Assembly (NCBI GenBank): GCA_963792585.1
Contig: CAWBWI010000001.1
Span: forward strand, 608,001-672,000
Direction: 5' to 3'
From: Candidatus Eiseniibacteriota bacterium
GTDB taxonomy: Bacteria; Eisenbacteria; RBG-16-71-46; CAIMUX01; VGJL01
Length of the DNA stretch: 64,000 nucleotides
How positions within the stretch are numbered: position 1 is the stretch's first letter; the number at the start of each line of letters is the position of its first letter. Below the pieces are notes generated by a model. The model worked only from the letters and a program-made list of their open reading frames with translations, searched no databases and was not told the origin of the DNA. The translations under genes and the position numbers were made by a program. Positions 57,342 to 64,000 of the stretch are shown here, piece after piece.

Positions 57342-58547
57342 ATGATGAGGATTTCGAAGTTCGCATCGAAGGTCAGCCTTTCGGAGACGGGGGCCATGGA
57401 CGAGAAGGTCCGCGAGATCCGCGCGGCCGGCCGTGAGGTGTTCAATTTCGGGGTCGGGCAACCGGATTTCCCGACCCCGGCGAACATCTGCGAAGCGGGG
57501 ATCCAGGCGATCCGGGACGGCAAGACGCGCTACACGTCACCCATGGGGACGGCCGAACTGCGCAAGGGAATCGCGCGAAAGCTCCAGGAAGAGAATGGGC
57601 TGACATACGGCACGGACCAGATCATCGTCTCAGGCGGGGCCAAGCACTCGATCCACAATCTGCTCGCCGCCGTCGTGAGCCCGGACGAGGAAGTCCTGAT
57701 GCCCACGCCCGGGTGGGTCAGCTATCCGTCGATGATCCGACTGCTCGGCGCGGAGTGCATTCCGGTCCCGACACGTCTCGAGGACGAGTTCAAGATCACG
57801 CCTGCGGGTCTCCGTGCCGCGATCACGCCCAGGACCGTGGGAATCATCCTGAATAGCCCGTGCAACCCCACCGGAGCCGTATACAGCGAGGCGGAACTGC
57901 GCGCGCTGATCCCGGTGTTGAACGAGGCGAATCTATGGGTCATCGCCGATGAGATCTACGAGAAGATCGTCTTCGACGGTCGTCGCCATGTGAGCATTGC
58001 CGCGCTGGATCCCGCGGTCGCCGCGAGAACCGCCGTCGTCAACGGGGTGTCGAAGTCCTATTCAATGACCGGCTGGCGGATCGGCTACGCCGCCGGGCCC
58101 GCGGACTGGATCCGCGCCGCCGCGGCCATCCAGAGCCATCAGGCCGGGAATCCCTGCTCGATCTCCCAGGAGGCGACGCAGTTCGCGCTGCACGCAGGGG
58201 AGGAGAGCGCCGAGGCCATGCGCGGGGCGTTCGAGCGCAGGCGGGATCTCGTCATGCGGCTCCTGGGCGGGACGGATGGCTGCGAGCTCTTCGCTCCCCA
58301 GGGGACCTTCTACCTGTTTCCGCGGGTCGTCTCCTTCCTGGGAACGCGGACGACCGGTCCCTCCCTCATGACGGACAACGACCTGGTCCACTGGTTGCTG
58401 GATCAGACCGGTGTGGCGACCGTCTCGGGAACGGCGTTCGCCGCGCCCGGGCACCTGCGCATTTCGTTCGCCGCCTCCGAGGAGTTGCTGGAGCGGGGGC
58501 TCGGGAGCATGCGCAAGGCACTGGAAGGTCTTGGCAGAGCCCGATAG
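57342..58547 (+). CDS. aspC: Class I/II PLP-dependent (aspartate-type) aminotransferase
   Basis: GQPDF, NSPCNPTG, DEIYE, SKSYSMTGWRIG. Confidence 0.85.
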   Translation: MMRISKFASKVSLSETGAMDEKVREIRAAGREVFNFGVGQPDFPTPANICEAGIQAIRDGKTRYTSPMGTAELRKGIARKLQEENGLTYGTDQIIVSGGAKHSIHNLLAAVVSPDEEVLMPTPGWVSYPSMIRLLGAECIPVPTRLEDEFKITPAGLRAAITPRTVGIILNSPCNPTGAVYSEAELRALIPVLNEANLWVIADEIYEKIVFDGRRHVSIAALDPAVAARTAVVNGVSKSYSMTGWRIGYAAGPADWIRAAAAIQSHQAGNPCSISQEATQFALHAGEESAEAMRGAFERRRDLVMRLLGGTDGCELFAPQGTFYLFPRVVSFLGTRTTGPSLMTDNDLVHWLLDQTGVATVSGTAFAAPGHLRISFAASEELLERGLGSMRKALEGLGRAR

Positions 58548-58583
58548 ATCGAGCAGAATCCGGCCGAGAGGAGCCATGGATCG

Positions 58584-58940
58584 ATGCCTACATATGATTA
58601 TAAATGCGATGCTTGCGGGCATGAATTCGAGTTGTTTCAGAAGATGACCGATCCCCCCGCCAAGGTCTGCCCGAAATGCGGGGGCGTCGTGCGGCGAAAG
58701 ATCGGGTCCGGGGCTGGGCTGATCTTCAAGGGGACCGGTTTCTACGCGACCGACTATCGGAGCTCCGAGTACAAGACGAAGGCGAACGCGGAGCGGCCCG
58801 TCGCCCCTTCGCCGGCCAAGACCGACGGGGGCGCGACGGAGACTACGAAGGGGGCCGACTCGGCGAAGGACTCGAAGGACGCGAAGGACTCGAAGGAGTC
58901 GAAAGCCTCGAAGGGTTCGAAGGATTCGAAGGACGCCTAG
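58584..58940 (+). CDS. FmdB-family zinc-ribbon protein with low-complexity tail
   Basis: MPTYDYKCDACG...CPKCG...FKGTGFYATDY. Confidence 0.88.
   Translation: MPTYDYKCDACGHEFELFQKMTDPPAKVCPKCGGVVRRKIGSGAGLIFKGTGFYATDYRSSEYKTKANAERPVAPSPAKTDGGATETTKGADSAKDSKDAKDSKESKASKGSKDSKDA
58866..58937 (+). repeat. Eight degenerate 9-bp tandem repeats (AAGGACTCG-like) encoding K-D/E-S units
   Basis: AAGGACTCG AAGGACGCG AAGGACTCG AAGGAGTCG AAAGCCTCG AAGGGTTCG AAGGATTCG AAGGACGCC, then stop. Confidence 0.85.
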
Positions 58941-60074
58941 ATGTTTGTCGATGAAGCCCGGGTCCGGGCGCTCGCGGGAAACGGCGGTAAGGGATGTGTT
59001 TCCTTCCGCCGGGAGAAGTTCGTTCCCCGCGGAGGACCCGACGGCGGGGACGGTGGCGATGGAGGCGACGTGCGCATCCTCGTGGATGGGGGACTGAGGA
59101 CTCTTCTTCACCTTCGCCACACTCCGACCTTCGCGGGAGAGAACGGACAGCACGGTCTGGGCAAGCAGTGCACGGGTCGCCGGGGGAGCGACTGTCTGAT
59201 CCGGGTGCCGCCCGGGACGATCATCAAAGATGGACGGACCGGCGCCTGGATCGCCGACCTGGTCGATCTGGGGGATACGATTCTCGTGGCGCGGGGGGGG
59301 AGAGGCGGGAAGGGAAACGTCCACTTCAAGTCCGCCACGCGGCGATCGCCTCGCATATCGACTCCGGGAGGGGAGGGCGAGCAGAAGGAGCTGACGCTCG
59401 AACTGCAACTCCTGGCCGACGTGGGCCTCGTCGGGCTGCCGAATGTGGGGAAGTCGACGCTGCTCGCACGACTCTCGAACGCCCGACCGAAGATCGGGAA
59501 CTTCCCCTTCACGACGCTCCAGCCGAGCCTCGGGATCGTCGCCGTCGGTGAGACGGACAGCATTGTGATGGCCGACATCCCGGGCCTGGTCGAGGGGGCG
59601 CATCAGGGGCGCGGCCTCGGCGCGCAGTTCCTGCGGCACATCGAGCGCACGCGACTCCTGCTGTTTCTGGTGGACAGTCTCTCCGACGACCCGCAGCGCG
59701 ATTTTCATCTCCTGCTCGCGGAACTGGCCGCCTTCAGCGCTCCCTTGGCGCGCCGGCCGCGCATCGTGGCCTACAGCCGCGGGGACCTTCGGGGACCCGG
59801 GTGGAAACCGCCCCCGATCGAGGGAGAGGAGACGTTCGTCTTCTCCTCGCAATCCGGGCAAGGTCTCCCGGAACTGCTCGGCAGATTGCGCGACGGGCTA
59901 TCCGCGATGCTGGACGACACGGTGGCCGTCCGGGCGGGGGACCCTACCGGCTCGATCGAACTGCCATTCGCATGGCGGGTGGATCGCGGCCTGGAGTTGG
60001 GATCCCGTCCGTGGCCGGAGCGGTGGATCGTCGGCCCGATCGTGGGGGGTGGGGGAGAAGCATCCGTTGGATGA
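58941..60074 (+). CDS. obgE: GTPase Obg
   Basis: MFVDEA..GNGGKG..SFRREK, GLPNVGKSTL, FTTL, DIPG. Confidence 0.95.
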   Translation: MFVDEARVRALAGNGGKGCVSFRREKFVPRGGPDGGDGGDGGDVRILVDGGLRTLLHLRHTPTFAGENGQHGLGKQCTGRRGSDCLIRVPPGTIIKDGRTGAWIADLVDLGDTILVARGGRGGKGNVHFKSATRRSPRISTPGGEGEQKELTLELQLLADVGLVGLPNVGKSTLLARLSNARPKIGNFPFTTLQPSLGIVAVGETDSIVMADIPGLVEGAHQGRGLGAQFLRHIERTRLLLFLVDSLSDDPQRDFHLLLAELAAFSAPLARRPRIVAYSRGDLRGPGWKPPPIEGEETFVFSSQSGQGLPELLGRLRDGLSAMLDDTVAVRAGDPTGSIELPFAWRVDRGLELGSRPWPERWIVGPIVGGGGEASVG

Positions 60075-61185
60075 TCCGCGCGCGGACCGCCGGCTTCGGT
60101 GGGTCGGCTGGTCGCTTCGCCCCGAGATCCGCCCGTCGGTCCTGGCCGACCTGATACGGCTGCGCGACGGCGACCCCCCGCCGATTCCGATGGGGCCGGA
60201 CGCGTTTCCCCTGGGGCTCCGCTTGCGCGCGGGCGATCGTGCCCTCTTCTCTGCCCCGTCTCCAACCAGGGAGGATGCGCGGGCGACCTTCGTCGCCGCC
60301 GATGCCCTGGGAATCCGGATCCTCACGCCGGATGACGACGGATGGATGCCCCGTTTCTGGAGCGAACTGACGGATCCCCCCGCGGCGCTCTATGTCAGGG
60401 GCGAACTTCATGGAGTCGATGAAGCGGCGGTTGCGATCGTCGGCTCGCGATACCCATCCCCGAACGGCCTGGCCCTCGCCCGTTCCCTTGCGCGCGACAT
60501 CGCCGGAGAGGGGGTCACGATCGTGAGCGGGCTGGCGCTCGGGATCGACGGCGCGGCGCATCGTGGCGCGCTCGACATCGAGGGCCGCACCGTCGCGGTG
60601 CTCGGGGGCGGTGTGGACTGTCCGAGCCCGCCGAGCCATGCGGCGTTGGGCGAGCGGGTCGCCCGCGCCGGCGCCGTCGTGAGCGAGTTCCCGCTGCGAA
60701 GTCACCCGCGTCCTCTCCACTTTCCCAGGCGGAATCGGATTCTGGCGGCCCTCGCGCAAGTGGTTCTCGTGGTCGAAGGATGTGAGCGCAGCGGCGCTCG
60801 TTCCACGGTCGACCATGCCGCGTCTCTCGGCCGCGACATTGCCGCGGTTCCGCGCGACCCGGTGCACGAGGGTTCGGAGCTTCCCAACTCCCTCCTTCGG
60901 AGCGGCGCCACGCCGGTCGCGCGGGCGCAGGATATCCTCGACCTCCTCGCCTCCTCCTCTCCTGCCGCGCGTCGCGTGCCGGTGGGACGAAGCGAGGACG
61001 ATCTCGCGCTGGAAGAAAGTGTCCTTGGCGGCCTTGCGGCCGGACGGTGTGGCATCGACGGGCTCTCGCGCGCGGCGGGTCGCGGCCCGTCCGACCTGCT
61101 CGGGGTTCTCGGCCGCCTGGAAGCGTCGGGGAAAGTGCGGCGTCTGCCGGGGATGCAATTCGAGATCACGGGAAGGCGGACGTGA
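60067..61185 (+). CDS. dprA: DNA-processing protein DprA (start uncertain, 60049 or 60067)
   Basis: PPAALYVRG, VAIVGSR, IVSGLALGIDGAAH, FPRRNRI, C-terminal winged helix. Confidence 0.92.
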   Translation: MDDPRADRRLRWVGWSLRPEIRPSVLADLIRLRDGDPPPIPMGPDAFPLGLRLRAGDRALFSAPSPTREDARATFVAADALGIRILTPDDDGWMPRFWSELTDPPAALYVRGELHGVDEAAVAIVGSRYPSPNGLALARSLARDIAGEGVTIVSGLALGIDGAAHRGALDIEGRTVAVLGGGVDCPSPPSHAALGERVARAGAVVSEFPLRSHPRPLHFPRRNRILAALAQVVLVVEGCERSGARSTVDHAASLGRDIAAVPRDPVHEGSELPNSLLRSGATPVARAQDILDLLASSSPAARRVPVGRSEDDLALEESVLGGLAAGRCGIDGLSRAAGRGPSDLLGVLGRLEASGKVRRLPGMQFEITGRRT

Positions 61186-62099
61186 GCGGCCCTTCCGACT
61201 GGATCGAATACGCGGCGCTTCGCGGCCTTCTGGGATTCCTCGCTCGAACACCTGCATCGTTCGGTCGATGGTTCTGCCGGGGGCTCGGGGACATCCTCTA
61301 CGACCTGGTTCGCCTGCGCCGGCGCGTGACGCTCGAGAATCTGCGCGCCTCCTTCCCGGAGAAGACGGAAGCGGAAATCGGGGGAATCGCGCGCGCCTGC
61401 TACCGCACCTTCTGTGAGACCGTGGCGGAGTTCGCGCGGGTTCCCCGTCTGTCACCGGAGCAACTCCTCGAATCGAGCACCGTCGTGGGGCGCGAGCATC
61501 TCGAAGCGGCCTCGCGATCCGGGCGGGGCGCCATCCTGCTGACGGGTCATTTCGGCAACTGGGAGCTGCTGGGAGCGTTGTTCCCGGCGATGGGATACAG
61601 GCTCTCGGTGGTGGTCGGGGAGCAACACAACCGGCTCGTCGATCGCTACATTAATGAGGCCCGCGCGCGAATGGGCGTCGGGGTTCTTTCGGCAGAGAAG
61701 GATCTCCGCGGAATCGTGCGGGCTCTGGAGGGAAGGGGGCTGCTCGCGATCGTGGGGGATCAGGACGCGGGACGGGACGGCGTCTTCGTCGAGTTCCTCG
61801 GGCGGCCGGCGTCGACCGCGGTCGGACCGGTGCGGCTCGCGAGACGATTCGGCGTGCCGATCGTCCTCGGGTTTGCGATTCGACAGCCCGGGGGCAAACT
61901 CCGCTTCGAGCTGTTGCCGCCGATCCATGTCCCGCAGGAAGGCGACAACGAGACGGTCGAGCTGGAGTACACGGGGATCTGGAGCCGGATCCTGGAGGAC
62001 TATGTCCGTCGATACCCGGACCATTGGTTCTGGATGCATCGGCGGTGGAAGACGCGCCCGGATTCCGCGCGGCGCCTGACGGAGGGGATTGGACGATGA
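61182..62099 (+). CDS. Lipid A lauroyl/myristoyl (LpxL/HtrB-like) acyltransferase
   Basis: GHFGNWE, DQ, FLGRPA, PDHWFWMHRRWK. Confidence 0.85.
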   Translation: MSGPSDWIEYAALRGLLGFLARTPASFGRWFCRGLGDILYDLVRLRRRVTLENLRASFPEKTEAEIGGIARACYRTFCETVAEFARVPRLSPEQLLESSTVVGREHLEAASRSGRGAILLTGHFGNWELLGALFPAMGYRLSVVVGEQHNRLVDRYINEARARMGVGVLSAEKDLRGIVRALEGRGLLAIVGDQDAGRDGVFVEFLGRPASTAVGPVRLARRFGVPIVLGFAIRQPGGKLRFELLPPIHVPQEGDNETVELEYTGIWSRILEDYVRRYPDHWFWMHRRWKTRPDSARRLTEGIGR

Positions 62100-62938
62100 A
62101 GCTGGCAAGCATCGGCAAGGCAGGGCAGGAGTCTCCGGCATTCGTGTCCGAGGACGGCGCCCGGATCTTCCGTGCGCGAGGGGCGTCGTGGCAGACGTTG
62201 CTCGAGGCGGGAACTCTGGAGGCGGAGATCGCGCGCGCCCGGAGCGCCCCGGCCGACCAATGGGTATCCGCCCGTGGGGAGCGATTCGGTCCTCCGATTC
62301 CGAATCCGTCGAAGATCATCGCCATCGGCCTCAACTACCGGGACCATGCAGAAGAACAGGGAAAGCAACCGCCGGAGCGGCCCCTGCTCTTCGCGAAGGC
62401 GCCAAGCTGCCTCGTGGGGTCCGGCGACCCGATCGTCCTGCCTCCGCAGGAATCGAAGGTGGACGCGGAAGCGGAGTTAGGCGTCGTGATCGCCCGTCGA
62501 GCGCGCCATGTTCCGATTGAAGAGGCCCGCGGTTTCGTGCTCGGCTACACGGTCTTCAACGACGTCTCGGGCCGCGAGGCCCAGTATGGGGACAAGCAGT
62601 GGTTTCGAGGAAAGAGCTATGACACGTTCGGGCCCTGCGGTCCCTGGATCGTCACCGCCGATGAGATCGCCGACCCGCAGGCGTTGCCGATCCGCTGCTA
62701 CTGGAACGAGACGCGGATGCAGGATTCGAACACCGGCCAGTTGATCCATGGCATCGATGCGCTCATCGCCTACATCAGCGCGCAGATGACGTTGCTTCCC
62801 GGGGACCTGATCGCGACGGGGACCCCCGCCGGGGTCGGGGTCTTCCGCGATCCTCCGCGATTCCTCAAGGCGGGGGATCGCACCCGGATCGAGATCGACC
62901 GCATCGGAGTGCTCGAGAATCCCCTGATCGCGGGCTGA
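62096..62938 (+). CDS. Fumarylacetoacetate hydrolase family protein
   Basis: KIIAIGLNYRDH, EAELG, NDVSGR, GKSYDTF, TGTPAGVG. Confidence 0.92.
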   Translation: MKLASIGKAGQESPAFVSEDGARIFRARGASWQTLLEAGTLEAEIARARSAPADQWVSARGERFGPPIPNPSKIIAIGLNYRDHAEEQGKQPPERPLLFAKAPSCLVGSGDPIVLPPQESKVDAEAELGVVIARRARHVPIEEARGFVLGYTVFNDVSGREAQYGDKQWFRGKSYDTFGPCGPWIVTADEIADPQALPIRCYWNETRMQDSNTGQLIHGIDALIAYISAQMTLLPGDLIATGTPAGVGVFRDPPRFLKAGDRTRIEIDRIGVLENPLIAG

Positions 62939-62954
62939 GATGTCCCCCGTGCGC

Positions 62955-62993
62955 ACGAGGGAGCGACGGAGGATCCCTCCATCGCTCCCTCGT
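62955..62993. terminator. Hairpin between the convergent FAH and ino1 genes
   Basis: ACGAGGGAGCGA (62955-62966) pairs with TCGCTCCCTCGT (62982-62993), plus an inner GGAGG/CCTCC stem. Confidence 0.65.
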
Positions 62994-63022
62994 CCATCTC
63001 CGGGGCTCGGCCCGACGGGACC

Positions 63023-64000
63023 CTAGTCGTAGTATTCGATCCCCAGGTGGGTGATCAGCTCCTCGCCCCGCATCCACCGAAGCGTGTTCTTGAGCTTCAT
63101 CAGCTGGATGAAGAGATCGTGTTCGGGATAGAGCCCCGGCGCGTGCATTGGGCTCTTGTAGTAGAACGAGAGCCACTCCTGGATTCCCTTCATGCCGGAC
63201 CGGTGCGCGAGGTCCATGAAGAGGGCCAGGTCCAGAACGATCGGCGCCGCGAGGATGGAGTCGCGGCAGAGGAAGTTGATCTTGATCTGCATCGGGTAGC
63301 CCATCCAACCGAAGATATCGATGTTGTCCCAGGCCTCTTTCTCGTCCCCGCGGGGCGGATAGTAGTTGATCCGCACCTTGTGGTAGAGGGAACCGTAGAG
63401 CTCGGGATAGAGGTGCGGCTGGAGGATCGAGTCGAGGACCGAGAGCTTGCTCTCCTCCTTCGTCTTGAAGGACTCGGGGTCGTCGAGCACTTCCCCGTCG
63501 CGGTTGCCGAGAATGTTGGTCGAAAACCACCCGGAGACCCCCAGGAGGCGGGACTTGAAACCCGGGGCGAGGATCGTCTTCATCAAGGTCTGCCCGGTCT
63601 TGAAGTCCTTCCCTGAGATCGGGACCCCATTGGCCCGCGCCAGCTCGTCCAGGGCCGGGATGTCAGCGGTGAGATTCGGTGCGCCGTTGGCGAAGGGGAC
63701 CCCTTCCTTCAGCGCCGCATAGGCGTAGATCATGCTAGGCGCGATCTCCGGATCGTTCGCCGCAAGGCCTTTCTCGAACGCCGCAAGGGATTGGTGCACG
63801 GCAGAGGGCTTCAGGAAGATCTCGGTCGAGGCGCACCAGACCATGACGATCCGATCGCATTTCTGCTCCGCCTTGAACGTCCGGATGTCCTGACGGAGGG
63901 CCTCGGCGAGGTCTGCGAGGCTCTTTCCCTTCTTCACGTGGGTTCCGTGGAGCTTCTTGACCCAGTGGTTGTCGAAAACCGCCGGCATCGGACGGATCGC
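63023..64000 (-). CDS. ino1: Myo-inositol-1-phosphate synthase (5' part outside window)
   Basis: GKDFKTGQT, STNILGNRDG, YYPPRGDEKEAWD, RDSILAAP, YYKSP. Confidence 0.92.
   Translation of the reverse strand, partial: AIRPMPAVFDNHWVKKLHGTHVKKGKSLADLAEALRQDIRTFKAEQKCDRIVMVWCASTEIFLKPSAVHQSLAAFEKGLAANDPEIAPSMIYAYAALKEGVPFANGAPNLTADIPALDELARANGVPISGKDFKTGQTLMKTILAPGFKSRLLGVSGWFSTNILGNRDGEVLDDPESFKTKEESKLSVLDSILQPHLYPELYGSLYHKVRINYYPPRGDEKEAWDNIDIFGWMGYPMQIKINFLCRDSILAAPIVLDLALFMDLAHRSGMKGIQEWLSFYYKSPMHAPGLYPEHDLFIQLMKLKNTLRWMRGEELITHLGIEYYD

Overview
A high-GC, gene-dense bacterial chromosome segment from a diderm. The PorV-like, C-terminal sorting domain (CTD)-bearing and SprA-motif proteins point to a non-Bacteroidota FCB-superphylum lineage (inference). 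The centre (about 15.9-47.8 kb) is a complete type IVa pilus island in Myxococcus/Geobacter-like order: SgmX-like TPR, barrel, comEA, pilB, [ECF sigma/anti-sigma, TPR-DUF2723-like, DegT], pilT-C-S-R-A, ABC transporter and PilG-like, pilD, pilMNOPQ. An intact 1388-bp IS1/IS1595-like element with 28-bp inverted repeats follows. Beyond it is a convergent minor-pilin operon (pilV-pilX-fimT-pilW) whose PilW is a 946-aa pilin fused to four FN3-like domains and a lectin-like domain; no pilY1 is present. Divergent from that operon is a TonB-dependent receptor + CTD protein + PorV-like barrel triad. The left flank has a SprA-motif outer-membrane protein, Omp85 and PPIase, then ligA, GT2/DUF2304, dinG and hutU/hutI. 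The right flank is housekeeping (tatA, aroK, rsmD, coaD, aminotransferase, FmdB, obgE, dprA, lpxL-like, FAH, ino1). Many single-base frameshifts, including one in essential ligA at a homopolymer, most likely reflect long-read consensus errors. No rRNA, tRNA or CRISPR array was seen. All family assignments come from motif recognition by eye, not database searches.
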